NCBI GenBank assembly: GCA_963665115.1
Contig: OY762007.1
Location: 7,104,001-7,168,000, forward strand
Direction of reading: 5' to 3'
DNA length: 64,000 bases
From: an uncultured Rivularia sp.
GTDB lineage: Bacteria > Cyanobacteriota > Cyanobacteriia > Cyanobacteriales > Nostocaceae
The notes below the pieces were generated by a model that was not told where the DNA came from, made no database searches, and worked only from the letters and a program-made list of their open reading frames with translations. The first letter of the stretch is position 1, and each line of letters begins with the position of its first letter. Positions 9,700-21,522 of the stretch are shown here, piece after piece. The translations under genes were made by a program, and so were the position numbers.

Positions 9700-12600
9700 A
9701 TGGTTGTTATTACTGGTTATGAGATTCTGGAAAAAATTTATGAAAGCTCAAATTCTGCGGTTTACCGGGGAGTACGAGGGGAAGATAATCAACCAATTAT
9801 TCTTAAAGTTCTTAAACAAGATTGTTTGAATCCTTTACAGTTGACTCGTTATAAGCAGGAGTATGAAATCATTTGCAATCTGGAACATCGTGGAATTATC
9901 AAGGCTTACGATTTACAAAACGATCGTTATTTGACGATGATTTTGGAGGATTTCGGGGGAGAGTCGTTGAGGAATTTACTCTCTCGAAGGGAATTTAATT
10001 TGGTGGAATCTTTGGAAATTGCTTGTCAAATTACTGATAGTTTGGCTGAAATTCATGCAGCGCAAGTTATTCATAAGGATATTAATCCTAGCAATATTGT
10101 TTTTAATCCCGTAAATAAACAGCTGAAAATTATTGATTTTGGTATTTCGACAAGATTGGGAAGCGAACATACTGTTTTATCTAGTCCGAATGCTTTAGAG
10201 GGAACTTTAGCATATATTTCTCCGGAACAAACTGGAAGAATGAATCGTTCTCTCGATTACCGCACGGATCTTTACTCTTTGGGTGTAACTTTATATGAAT
10301 TATTTACCCATAAGTTACCTTTTACTGGTGATGATCCGATGGAGTTGATTCATTGCCATCTCGCTAAACAACCTGTTTCTCCGGCGAGAATTAATCCTAA
10401 GATTCCTCGAATGGTTTCAGCGATTGTGATGAAGCTGATGGCAAAAACGGCTGAGGAACGCTATCAAAGTGTTTGGGGAATTAAAGCCGATTTGGAAACT
10501 TGTTTGCTTCAGTTACAAAATTATGACTGCATAATTGATTTTGATTTGGGTAAAGAAGATATTTCTCATCAGTTCAATATTCCTCAAAAGCTTTATGGAA
10601 GGGAACAAGAAGTTTCTACGTTGTTAGCTGCATTTGAACGAGTTGTAAATGCAGTTAGTAAAACTGAAATGATTTTAGTTAAGGGTTATTCGGGTATTGG
10701 TAAATCTGCTTTGGTAAAAGAAATTTATCAACCGATTACTCGTCAGCGTGGTTATTTTATTTCGGGTAAGTTCGACCAGTTTCAACGAAATATTCCTTAT
10801 TCTGCTGTCGTTAAAGCTTTGAGTGGATTGGTAAAACAGCTTTTAACTGAAAGTGAACTACAATTGCAAGAGTGGAAGCAAAAGCTATTAGCTGCTATTG
10901 AGCCAAATGCTCAAATCATTATCGATGTAATTCCTGAAGTGGAAATAATTGTCGGGAAGCAATCCTCTGTGGAAAAATTAGGAGGAAATGAAGCTCAAAA
11001 TCGGTTTAATTCTGTTTTTAAAAGCTTTATTCGTGTTTTTTGTCAAGCTGAACATCCGCTGGTTTTATTCTTAGATGATTTACAGTGGGCTGATTCGGCT
11101 AGTTTACAGTTAATTGAATTGATGATGACTGACGATAAAATGCATCATCTGTTATTAATTGGTGCGTATCGAGATAATGAAGTTGATGCTGGTTATCCGT
11201 TAATTATTTTACTAGAAAAATTGAACCTTGAGGCATCTATTAATCAAATTCATTTAACTCCTCTGAACCAAGATAATATTACCAATTTAATTACTGATAC
11301 TTTACATAGAGATAGCAACGATGCGAAGTGTCTGGCAAAATTAGTTGCCGATAAAACTGGTGGTAATCCTTTCTTCGTCAATCAATTTCTCTACAACTTA
11401 TATTCCGAAAAATTAATTTACTTCCATACATCACAAAGTGGAGAAAAACCGGGATGGGAATGGGATATTTCCCAAATCGAAGCGATGGATATCACCGATA
11501 ACGTTGTAGATTTGATGGTATCTAAATTAATTAAACTACCATTATCTACTCAGAAAGTGTTGCGTTTAGCAGCCTGTATCGGCAATCGCTTCACCTTAAA
11601 TACTCTGGCAATCGTCAGCGAACTTACCGTAATAGAAGTTTTTCAAAATTTAGCGATCGCCATTAAGCAAGGTTTGATATTACCAACTTCTGGATTAGAG
11701 TTTCTGAATTTAGAAATGCTGAATTCACAACTTATTATTAATAATTTTAAATTTTTACATGATAAGGTTCAACAAGCAGCTTATTCATTAATTGCAGAAC
11801 ATGAAAAACAAGCAGTTCATTTACAAATTGCCTGGTTGCTACATTCTAGTTTTTCCGCACAACACAAAGTCGAGCATATTTTTGAACTGGTAGACCATTT
11901 CAATTTAGGTAGAAAATTAATTATTAATGATAGAGATAAAATTGAATTAGTCAAACTAAATTTATCTGCGGCTAAAAAAGCTAAAGATGCTATTGCATAC
12001 AGCGCTGCTAAAGAATATTTAACTATTAGTCGGTCAGAATTACCTGCTTCTAGTTGGTTTGATTTTTACGAATTAACTTTAGATATTCATAAACTACTTG
12101 CTGAAGTTGAATATTACAACAGCAATTTTGAAGCTTCAGAATCTTTAATTAATTTAATTATTGAAAAAGCCAAAACGGATGAAGATAAAGCAGATATCCA
12201 CATATTGTTAACTGCCCAGTATACGATGCTGGGTAAATTCAGTGAAGCGATAGCATCAGCTAGAAAAGGATTGCAATACCTCGGAGTTGATTTACCCGAA
12301 CAGAATTTGGAATCAGCCTTAGAAGTAGAAGTCATTAAAGCGAACAAACTTCTTGAAGGAAAAGAAATTGCTTCATTGATAAATCAACCGGATATGATAA
12401 TACCAGATAAGATTATTTCAACTAAATTGTTAATAAGTATAGAGCAAGCCTGCTATTTATCTAACCAAAAGCTTTATCGTTTAGTTGTTATTAAAACACT
12501 TAATTTCTCTTTAGAATATGGTAGTTTAGCAGAATCGGTAAATAGCTATAGTACTTACGGTACTTTATTAGGTTCGATTTGGGGAGAATATCAGAAAGGT

Positions 12601-14998
12601 TACGAATTTGGAAAATTGGCTTTAAATATTAGTGAAAAATACCATAATCTAAATCAAAAATGTAAAGGATGTTTTCTATCTATAGCTTTTCAGATAGCTT
12701 GGGTAAAGTATATTAAATTCACTAATGAAATTTCTGAAGAGGGATTTAAAGCAGGTATAGAATCTGGTGATTTGCAGTATTGCGGCTATATTTTAGCTTT
12801 TCAGTCGTTTAACATTTTTCATGAAGGCATCAATATTGAAAAACAAATTTATAAAGTAGATAAAGTTTTACAATTTGTGAGCACAAATGTAAGTGAATTA
12901 GGAAAAGATATTGCTTGGGCTGCGAAATTATGTTTAATGAACCTAAATGCCGAAACAAAGGAATTACTTGATTTTGATAGTCCTGAGTTGAGCGAAGCAG
13001 AATACATTCAAAGCTGTAAGGAACACAAAAGCTATATGCCTTTGTTTGATTACTATACTCTTAAGTCTTTCATACTGTATCTTTATAATAAACCAGTTGA
13101 AGCTTTAGAAACAGTAATTGAAGCAGAAAAATTACAAGAATTTGGTATTGGCTTGATTACAATTGCCGACCAAAATTTTTACCAATCTCTTATCTTAACA
13201 GCATTATATCCTGCTGCAACTTTTGTAGAACAAAAACAATATTGGCATCAATTAGAACGAAATCAAGAACAAATGCAAATTTGGTCTGATAATTGTGAAG
13301 CCAATTTTTTACATAAGTACTTAATTATAGAAGCGGAAATATCGCGAATTTCTGGTAATAAATTAGAAGCAATGGAATTATATGACTTGGCTATTGCTTC
13401 TGCAAAAACCCATAATTTTATCCAAAATGAAGCTTTAGCTAACGAATTAGCGGCAAAATTTTGGTTAGGAATGAATAAAGAAGATTTCGCTCAATTTTAT
13501 CTCCGCAAAGCTTACAATGCTTATCAAGCTTGGGGTGCTAAATTTAAAATAGCAGCTTTGGAAAGTCAATATTCTTTCTGGTTAAATCCCAAATTGGCAA
13601 ACTCTTCACATAATTCACTTACAAATACCCAAACAACCATAACTCAAAATTCTACAACTACCGAATTAAGAGAATCATTAGATATTGATACCGTTTTGAA
13701 AGCTTCTCAAACTATTTCTAACGAAATTCTATTAGCGGAATTGATTGACAAGTTAATGAAAATAGTAATTGAAAATGCAGGAGCGCAAACCGGGTATTTA
13801 ATTTTTCTCAGCGATGGAGAATTAATTATTGAAGCGGTAATTAATGCTGATGGAACTGTAAAATCCCAAAATTCTCTTTCGATTACAGCTTTCAATAATT
13901 TACCAATTTCAGTTCTCAATTACGTTGCTAGAACCCATACTGACGTTTTACTCGATGAAGCAAACCAGACGAGTGAATTTGCTGATGATGCTTATTTTAT
14001 AGAACAAAAACCGAAATCAGTTTTATGTATTCCGATTTTGCATCAAGGTAAATTAATCGCCATTCTTTATCTAGAAAATAATCTTACCACCGCAGCTTTC
14101 CCCCCAGAGCGCTTAAAATTACTCAAACTTATTTGTTCTCAAGCGGCTATTTCTATCAAAAATGCGACTCTTTACAATACCTTAGAACAAAAAGTAGCAG
14201 AAAGAACTCAACAACTTTCTCAAGCTTTAGAAAATTTACAAGCTACTCAAAAACAACTTGTAGAGTCAGAAAAAATGGCTGCATTAGGTAGTCTTGTTGC
14301 AGGAGTAGCTCACGAAATTAATACTCCGGTAGGTACTAGTATCACCGCTGCTTCTACTTTAAAAGATGAAACAACTACCTTTAATAATGCTGTTATGGAA
14401 GGACAATTAAAGCGTTCTTCTTTAAACAATTATCTCGAAATTGCCAGCGAAAGCAGCAATTTAATTTTAAATAATCTTAATCGTGCTTCCGACTTAATTC
14501 AAAGCTTCAAACAGGTAGCTGTTGATTCTTCCCATTTAGAAAAGCGCGAATTTGCTATCAAACCCTATATCGAAGAAATTCTAAATAGTCTTGCACCCAA
14601 ATTCAAACATACCGCTCTCACTTTGACGGTGGAAGGTGAAAATGACATTAAAGTAGATACTTATCCCGGAGCTATAGCGCAAATTGTCACCAATTTCGTC
14701 ATGAATTCTTTAAATCACGCTTATCAACCGGGAGAAAAAGGACAGCTACGTTTCCAAATTACCCAGGAACAGGATAAATTCACCATTGAATACAGCGATG
14801 ACGGTTGCGGTATTTCCCCAGAAAATTTAAGTAAAATCTTTGAACCGTTTTTTACCACTGCTAGAAACCAAGGTGGTACTGGATTAGGGACTGCATATCG
14901 TATATAACCTAGTTACTCAGAAACTTCGAGGCAAAGTTGATGTTAGAAGTCAAGTGAGTTTGGGAACAATATTTATAATCGCGTTGCCTTTGTGTTGA
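9700..14998 (+). CDS. HstK-type Ser/Thr kinase-AAA ATPase-GAF-histidine kinase (apparent frameshift at ~14888)
   Basis: HKDINPSN, DFG, YISPEQTGR; GYSGIGKS and LDDLQWAD; GAF; EKMAALG...AHEINTP; removing one G at GGG 14887-14889 restores GLGLHIVYNLVTQKL...LPLC* ending 14998. Confidence 0.92.
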
Positions 14999-15053
14999 TT
15001 AAAAGGCAATTGTCACTAATAGTTCGCGATATTGAATTTAATGAGCTAATAAA

Positions 15054-15089
15054 GGTTCGTACTAAGGACTTTAGTCCTCACTACGAACC
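15054..15089. repeat. Small dispersed palindromic repeat
   Basis: GGTTCGTA-CTA-AGGACT-TT-AGTCCT-CAC-TACGAACC nested inverted repeat. Confidence 0.65.
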
Positions 15090-15117
15090 TATAAAAATTA
15101 CTAGTGGATTAATATAT

Positions 15118-16521
15118 ATGACAGTCAACAGCAATCTAAATTTTTCTGAAACAGAGGATGATATTCTAGTATTCGAGGAAGATGAAACCGATAATCTTGC
15201 GGTAGATACATCTTTGAAACAAGCTTGGAAAATAATTATTGTGGATGATGAACCCACAGTACATCAAGTAACTAAATTAGCTATAAAAAACTTAGTTTTT
15301 GATAATAAACCCTTAACTTTTTTTTCTGCTTATTCTAGTCAAGAAGCCAAAGAATTAATTGCTGCTCATACCGATACCGCTTTAATTCTACTTGATGTGG
15401 TGATGGATGTTAATGATGCTGGTTTACAAGTAGTTAAATATATTCGCGAAGAATTACAAAATAAACGAGTCAGAATTATTTTACGCACTGGACAACCGGG
15501 AGAAGCACCGGAAGAATCGGTAATAATTAATTATGATATTAACGATTACAAACTTAAAGTTGAACTCACCAGACAAAAGTTACTTACTACAACTATTGCT
15601 GCTTTACGTTCCTATCGAGATTTTACCATTATTGAAGAACAATCTATCAAATTAACCCAAGCCTTAGAAACTTTACAAAATGCTCAACTTCAATTAATTC
15701 AAAGTGAGAAAATGTCAGCGTTGGGTAATTTAGTTGCAGGAATTGCACACGAAATTAATAACCCAATTGGGTTTGTTGCTGGGAACTTAAAAATGGCACG
15801 AGAATATATAGGCGATTTATTTGGATTAATTGGACTATACCAAAAATATTATCCAAATCCAGAGTCAGAAATTGAAGAACTAATAGAAGAAATAGATTTA
15901 GAATATTTACAAGATGACTTACCCAAATTATTTGATTCTTTAAAAATAGGTTCCGAACGTATTCGTAATATTAGTACTAGTTTACGTACATTTTCAAGAG
16001 GAGATACCGAGCAGAAAATACCATTTAATATTCATGAAGGGATTGATAGTACTATTTTGATTCTTAGACATCGTTTAAAAGCTAATGAGTCACATCCTCC
16101 GGTTAAAGTGATAAAGAACTATGGAGATTTGCCTTTAATTAATTGTTATTCAGGACAACTCAATCAAGTATTCATGAATTTATTAGCTAACGCTATTGAT
16201 ACTTTAGAAGAATCCAATATAGGAAAAAGTTTTGAGGAAATTGAAGAAAATTTAAAACAAATTGAAATTACTACAAGTTTAACAGCAGACGAAAAAACTG
16301 CTGCAATCAAAATTGCGGATAACGGTACAGGAATTCCCGAAGAAGTCAAACAAAGAATTTTTGATAATTTATTTACAACAAAAGCAGTAGGAAAAGGTAC
16401 CGGGTTAGGTTTATCAATTGCACGTCAAATTATTGTAGATAAGCATAGTGGTAATTTAAGTTTTAATTCTGAAATTGGCAAAGGAACGGAATTTATTATT
16501 GAAATTCCGGTTAACAGTTAA
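15118..16521 (+). CDS. Hybrid response regulator / sensor histidine kinase
   Basis: IIIVDDE, LLDVVM, ILRTGQPG receiver; AHEINNP, NQVFMNLL.NA.D, DNG.GI, GKGTGLGL; start moved to ATG 15118 because the upstream extension is repeat-derived. Confidence 0.9.
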   Translation: MTVNSNLNFSETEDDILVFEEDETDNLAVDTSLKQAWKIIIVDDEPTVHQVTKLAIKNLVFDNKPLTFFSAYSSQEAKELIAAHTDTALILLDVVMDVNDAGLQVVKYIREELQNKRVRIILRTGQPGEAPEESVIINYDINDYKLKVELTRQKLLTTTIAALRSYRDFTIIEEQSIKLTQALETLQNAQLQLIQSEKMSALGNLVAGIAHEINNPIGFVAGNLKMAREYIGDLFGLIGLYQKYYPNPESEIEELIEEIDLEYLQDDLPKLFDSLKIGSERIRNISTSLRTFSRGDTEQKIPFNIHEGIDSTILILRHRLKANESHPPVKVIKNYGDLPLINCYSGQLNQVFMNLLANAIDTLEESNIGKSFEEIEENLKQIEITTSLTADEKTAAIKIADNGTGIPEEVKQRIFDNLFTTKAVGKGTGLGLSIARQIIVDKHSGNLSFNSEIGKGTEFIIEIPVNS

Positions 16522-16591
16522 CAATTGTTCACCCAGAGGGTGTGGATCGTCAGTGAGCAGCTAATTTTTAGTAGTTAAAAAGAGTTTATTC

Positions 16592-16969
16592 ATGATTAGT
16601 AAAAGTTTAATTTACGATAAATTTATATCTCACACCATTTTAAACGCAGCTTTTAAAGCCGCCTCGGAATCAATTCCAAGGCTCATATACAAAGTACGTT
16701 AAAACGCACTGAAAATGCTTTTCCAGTCTGATTTATCAGACTTTGTGTGTGAGCCTGAGAATTTATTCTAAGGTGGTTATGCAAGAATGATGCAAGATGT
16801 CACTAAAACTTATAAAGAATGTCGAAAAACTAAATTTTGGCTCAATTTACTTAAAGATACAAACTATATTTATTTCAAAACATTTAATAGCATTCACGCA
16901 GATGCAGATGAACTATCTAAAATGTTGTTCTCTATTCTCAAATCATCTCGCTTAATAAAAAAATCGTAA
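16592..16969 (+). pseudogene. Four-helix-bundle (23S rRNA IVS protein-like) gene disrupted by a MITE
   Basis: MISKSLIYDK N-terminus at 16592 and YKEC.KTKFWL.LLKDT.YI...ADADELSKMLFSILK C-terminus separated by a palindromic insert. Confidence 0.65.
16624..16802. mobile_element. ~180-bp palindromic MITE-like element
   Basis: Degenerate termini ATATCTCACACCATT / AATGATGCAAGATGT and a ~37-bp internal inverted repeat CCGCCTCGGAATC...CAAAGT / ACTTTG...CTAAGGTGG. Confidence 0.7.
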
Positions 16970-17040
16970 AATATTCAGGAGCGTCCCAAATTGAAGCATT
17001 TGAAATATTCCCAAATATTTACTGCTCACTGATAACTGAT

Positions 17041-18438
17041 TCAAAGTTCCATTACTTTGCGATAGTGGGTTTCAATTTCTTTGACTGTTTTTGATTTACG
17101 CTTGGTTTGCCATTCACTATGTTTAAATAATTCCTGCCGTAAGTTATCAACGTCGATATTTTTAACTTTTCCACCACCTACTATTAATTTTCCATTTACC
17201 CAAGCACTATCTACCACATTTGTAGGTCTTCCTAAGACTAATAAACCAACTGGATCGGTACGCGGTAATAATGATAAACTTGTTAGATCGTACATGACTA
17301 AATCGGCTTTTTTACCAACTGTCAAAGATCCAATTTCTTCTCCTAAATTCAAACCTTTTGCACCACCTAAAGATGCCATTTCAATTGATTCTCTAGGTGT
17401 AATCCAATGCTGATAATCTAAATCGGTAATGTTATGCAATATCGAACCCATTTTGATCGCTTCTAATAAATCTTGAGAATCGTTACTTGATGCACCATCG
17501 CAACCAAAAGATACATTAACTCCTGCTTGACGATATTTTAAAATCGGTGCAATTCCACTTCCCAAACGTAAATTACTCAAGGGATTATGAACTACTGTAG
17601 ATTTAGTTTCTGTAAGAATATTAATATCGCTATCTGTTAAATGAACGCAATGGGCTAAAGAAGTGCGATGATTTAAATAACCAATTTTATGTAAATGCTC
17701 GACAGCCGTACAGCCATATTTTTCTTTAGCTAACTTTTCTTGAGCTTTAGTTTCTAATAAATGCGAATGACGGCAAAGATTATATTTATCGCTTAACTCA
17801 ATACATCCTTTAAATAAAACATCGCTACAAAGTTGAATTCCCGTCGGTGCTAACGCAAAATAAATTCCATCTTCCGGTTTGTGAAACTTATTTATCGCTG
17901 ATTCCATGATTTCCAAAGTCGCTTGAGTCGAGCGAAAATAATCCTCATGAGTTACTTCCGATTCACCCGAAGGCATCCCAGCAGTAAGGGATTGATCTTG
18001 AATTAAAGGTGCGATAATTGCCCGAATACCAACTTTTTGATAAGCTTCAACAGCCACGGTGATAGTTTCAAGCTCCTTGCCAGGAATCAAAACTAAATGA
18101 TCGACAACAGTCGTACCACCCGACAGCAAAGTTTCTACAGCAGTACCCAAAGCACTCAGATAAACTTGCTCCGTATCGAGGGGTGCAAAATCATAAAGCT
18201 CAGCCAACCATAGCTCCAAAGGATAAATCGACATTATCCCCCGCTGCCACATTTCCGAAGAGTGAGTGTGAGCGTTAACAAATCCTGGCAACAGTAACTT
18301 ATTCGTGCCATCAATTGCTTCGCCGATAACATCCAAACCAGCAGAAACCTTTTGGATATTGCCATCTTTGATTTGCACATCTACCGCTGCGTAATCATCC
18401 TCAGTTGGAATTAAAACATTTTGAATTGTAAAGTTCAT
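17041..18438 (-). CDS. Metal-dependent amidohydrolase (Atz/Trz/MtaD-like deaminase family)
   Basis: PGFVNAHTH, HSHLLE, AHCVH, HNPLSNLRLGSG, GCDG.SSN, G.L.VGKKAD. Confidence 0.9.
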   Translation of the reverse strand: MNFTIQNVLIPTEDDYAAVDVQIKDGNIQKVSAGLDVIGEAIDGTNKLLLPGFVNAHTHSSEMWQRGIMSIYPLELWLAELYDFAPLDTEQVYLSALGTAVETLLSGGTTVVDHLVLIPGKELETITVAVEAYQKVGIRAIIAPLIQDQSLTAGMPSGESEVTHEDYFRSTQATLEIMESAINKFHKPEDGIYFALAPTGIQLCSDVLFKGCIELSDKYNLCRHSHLLETKAQEKLAKEKYGCTAVEHLHKIGYLNHRTSLAHCVHLTDSDINILTETKSTVVHNPLSNLRLGSGIAPILKYRQAGVNVSFGCDGASSNDSQDLLEAIKMGSILHNITDLDYQHWITPRESIEMASLGGAKGLNLGEEIGSLTVGKKADLVMYDLTSLSLLPRTDPVGLLVLGRPTNVVDSAWVNGKLIVGGGKVKNIDVDNLRQELFKHSEWQTKRKSKTVKEIETHYRKVMEL

Positions 18439-18439
18439 T

Positions 18440-18625
18440 TTGTGTTAGTGGTTAGTTGTTAGTTGTTAGTTGTTGGGCATGGGGGATGGGGCATAGGGCA
18501 TTGGGCATTGGGAGTTAGGAGTTAAAAGTTATGAATTAAAATTATTTCTCCCCCTCTCCCCCCTCTCCCCCCTCTACCCCCTCTCCCCCCTCTACCCCCC
18601 TCTCCCCCCTCTACCCCCTCTACCT
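18440..18625. repeat. STRR cluster filling the divergent intergenic region
   Basis: (GTTAGTT)n, (GGGCATT)n, (GGAGTTA)n, (CCCCCTCTC/A)n. Confidence 0.85.
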
Positions 18626-19399
18626 ATGAAACCACTACAACCCCTGGGAGTTGCACCGAATGCTTGGATGGTAAACGATACTATCGCAGACATTACTCGC
18701 TCTCAATTAGATCCACAACCCGTTATTGTAGCTACTGAAACCAAAAATGTGCGCTTTGATTTGGCAAAAACCGCAATTATCGTTATTGATATGCAGAACG
18801 ATTTTTGTCATCCCGATGGTTGGTTGGCACATATTGGAGTCGATGTAACTCCCGCACGGCAAGCAATTGAGCCTTTACAAAGTTTACTTCCAGTGCTGCG
18901 ATCGCACAACGTACCCGTGATATGGCTCAACTGGGGGAATCGTGCCGATTTACTCAATATTAGTGCTGGTTTGCGTCACGTTTACAATCCCGATGGTGAA
19001 AGTATAGGTTTAGGAGATGCGTTACCCAGCAACAATGCCAAAGTTCTCACAAAAGATAGCTGGGCTGCGGCAGTTGTGGATGAATTAGAACAATTACCTG
19101 ATGATATTTACATAGACAAGTTTAGGATGAGCGGCTTTTGGGATACGCCTTTAGACAGCATTTTAAAGAATTTAGGTAAAAAAACATTATTATTCGCAGG
19201 TGTCAACGCCGACCAATGCGTTCTCTGTACCTTACAAGATGCTAATTTTTTAGGATATGACTGCATTTTTATCAAAGACTGTAGCGCCACCACTTCACCA
19301 GAATATTGCTGGTTAGCAACCCTTTATAACATTAAACAATTATTTGGTTTTGTTACAGACTCGCAAGCAATTGTTGAAGGAATCAAGGAAGGGGGATAG
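18626..19399 (+). CDS. Isochorismatase-family cysteine hydrolase
   Basis: IVIDMQNDF, DK.R.SGF..T.L, GVNADQCV..T (Asp-Lys-Cys triad). Confidence 0.9.
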   Translation: MKPLQPLGVAPNAWMVNDTIADITRSQLDPQPVIVATETKNVRFDLAKTAIIVIDMQNDFCHPDGWLAHIGVDVTPARQAIEPLQSLLPVLRSHNVPVIWLNWGNRADLLNISAGLRHVYNPDGESIGLGDALPSNNAKVLTKDSWAAAVVDELEQLPDDIYIDKFRMSGFWDTPLDSILKNLGKKTLLFAGVNADQCVLCTLQDANFLGYDCIFIKDCSATTSPEYCWLATLYNIKQLFGFVTDSQAIVEGIKEGG

Positions 19400-19697
19400 G
19401 GTGAGGGGAGATGGGGAGACATTATTAAAGTAGTGAGTAGTGAGTAGTGAGTAGTGAGTAGTGAGTAGCGAGTTATTTGTTTATCTCTAAGCGTGTAAAA
19501 ATAAACAGAGCTAGGTATTAATTTACTACTCCCTACTTTCTACTCCCTACTTGCTACTCCCTACTTGCTACTCCCTACTTGCTACTCCCTACTTGCTACT
19601 CCCTACTTTCTACTCCCTACTTTCTACTCCCTACTCCCTACTTGCTACTCCCTACTCCCTACTCCCTACTCTCTACTCCCTACTCCCTACTCCCTAG
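19385..19697. repeat. Opposed STRR tracts (AGTAGTG)n ... (CTACTCC/CTACTTK)n
   Basis: Tandem heptamers at ~19430-19470 and a long near-complementary tract at ~19525-19697. Confidence 0.88.
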
Positions 19698-19701
19698 TGA
19701 T

Positions 19702-20187
19702 ATGATTAACAGTTGCGTAATTCCGGTTATTAAGTCTCCTTCTGATTATCAAGCGTATCGGATTAGCCCTGATGATTCTAACCGTTTAGCGATTGTTTTC
19801 GATCCGGCGATCGCCAATTCATCGTTGACTTGTTGTGTGGAGATTTTTGATGTGGGTGGTAAGACTCCGCCAAATCGCCATTTGTTTGCTTTGGAGATGT
19901 TTTTTATTCTCAAAGGGGAAGGTAGAGCAACTTGCGATGGTAAGACTGTAAATATCAAAGCTGGAGATAGTTTACTGGTTCCTGCTACTGGTACTCACCT
20001 GATTGAAAATACGGGTTTGGGACGTTTATATACTTTAACTATTATGGTTCCCAATGAAGATTTTGCCGAACTAATTCGCAGCGGTACACCTGTTGAATTA
20101 GATGCCGAAGATATGGCGGTTTTGGGTAGGCATTCGACAATGGATAGCGAGCAGTTAGGCAGCGAACAATTAATAATTAATAATTAA
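19702..20187 (+). CDS. Cupin domain protein
   Basis: EIF..GG.TPPN.H..A.EMFFILKGEG and GD.LLVP....H.IEN cupin motifs; the ORF-track N-terminal 41 aa are translated STRR. Confidence 0.88.
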   Translation: MINSCVIPVIKSPSDYQAYRISPDDSNRLAIVFDPAIANSSLTCCVEIFDVGGKTPPNRHLFALEMFFILKGEGRATCDGKTVNIKAGDSLLVPATGTHLIENTGLGRLYTLTIMVPNEDFAELIRSGTPVELDAEDMAVLGRHSTMDSEQLGSEQLIINN

Positions 20188-20245
20188 ATTCTCATACTTC
20201 GTTTTTACAACAAGCTCTGTTTTGATTCTGGATAAAAACAAAAAA

Positions 20246-20926
20246 ATGGCTTTAAAGTTAGAAAATGTGGTTCCTTGGGGACGCTGTTTTGATGAGTACG
20301 TTAAGATGTTTGATTTATCTTCTAACGAACTTAAGTTAAATATAGTTGATTGTGGCGGGGGACCTTCAAGTTTTAATGCTGAGATGATGCCAATCGGTGG
20401 TAAAGTTATATCTTGCGACCCTATTTATCAGTTTACCGTTGAAGAAATTCAAAGCCGTATTAAACAAATTTATTCAAAGATGATTGAAGGAGTTAAAGCC
20501 ACTCCAGATACATTTGTTTGGCAAAATATTGCTTCTCCCGATGAATTAGGAAAAGTCAGAATGACTGCAATGAATAATTTTCTTGCTGACTTCCCACAAG
20601 GTATTTCACAAAAACGCTACGTTAAATCGGAATTACCAAATCTTCCCTTCACCGACGGTAAATTTGATTTAGCATTATGCTCTCATTTTTTGTTTACCTA
20701 TTCCAATATATTATCCGCAGATTTTCACGTTGACTCAATTGTGGAAATGCGACGAGTTGCTTCGCAAGTGCGAGTCTTTCCCCTAGTCACTCAATTTGAT
20801 GGCGAAACTTCCCCCCATCTCGAAGCTGTAATTGATCGGTTAAATGCTCGTGGTTTCCAAGTTGAGGTGAGGAAGGTTGATTACGAATTTCAGAAAGGTG
20901 GTAATCAAATGCTTTGGGTAAGGTAA
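20246..20926 (+). CDS. SAM-dependent methyltransferase
   Basis: VDCGGGPSSF, LPF.DGKFDLALCSHFLF. Confidence 0.85.
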   Translation: MALKLENVVPWGRCFDEYVKMFDLSSNELKLNIVDCGGGPSSFNAEMMPIGGKVISCDPIYQFTVEEIQSRIKQIYSKMIEGVKATPDTFVWQNIASPDELGKVRMTAMNNFLADFPQGISQKRYVKSELPNLPFTDGKFDLALCSHFLFTYSNILSADFHVDSIVEMRRVASQVRVFPLVTQFDGETSPHLEAVIDRLNARGFQVEVRKVDYEFQKGGNQMLWVR

Positions 20927-21067
20927 ATCTTGTTGCGGTTGATTTTTACCTGTTAATTATTCCGAAAATAGACCATATATAGGCGCACCTATTTCCATTA
21001 TATTTTTTATAATATCATGATTTTTATTTAATTAAAAGTCCCTTTTTTAAAAAGAATTTTGTCATCA

Positions 21068-21102
21068 AAAGCCCCCCTTAAAAAGGGGGGTTGGGGGGAT
21101 CT
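21068..21102. repeat. CCCCCCTTAAAAAGGGGG-type cyanobacterial palindromic repeat
   Basis: AAGCCCCCCTTAAAAAGGGGGTTGGGGGGATC. Confidence 0.6.
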
Positions 21103-21141
21103 AATTTATGGTTCACATTACTAATTCAATTATTTCCCCTA

Positions 21142-21522
21142 TCAATCGTCATAACTAAAATTCAAAGCAACAAAATTATTAGAGCCAGGAGCTTGACATA
21201 ATACTTCCTTTCTCCTCGATCGCTCATCTCTGACACAACTTACCTGTCGTTTAAAAGCTTGCAAATTATTTTTATATCTACCGGGATCTATGCGAAGTCT
21301 TTTGCGAAACTGTCCCCAAGTTACATCAACAATTTTATCACCGCAAACCATTTCAACTTCCCCGCGCTCGATATCAACATCACCGAAATCAACTTCAACT
21401 TCTGCATCTTCGATTTCAACAAAATTGCAGGCTTCCATCGTGGTGCGGTTTCCGCAAGCAGATAGCATTGCGATCGCGCTGAGTGTAAATCCGGCTGTAA
21501 TAATAGTTGGTAATATTTTCAT
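21142..21522 (-). CDS. Hypothetical lipoprotein
   Basis: Signal peptide ending in lipobox LSAC. Confidence 0.75.
   Translation of the reverse strand: MKILPTIITAGFTLSAIAMLSACGNRTTMEACNFVEIEDAEVEVDFGDVDIERGEVEMVCGDKIVDVTWGQFRKRLRIDPGRYKNNLQAFKRQVSCVRDERSRRKEVLCQAPGSNNFVALNFSYDD

Noticed and set aside
9700..14998. Ser/Thr kinase-His kinase fusion as a novelty
   Set aside because: Known HstK-type family in filamentous cyanobacteria.
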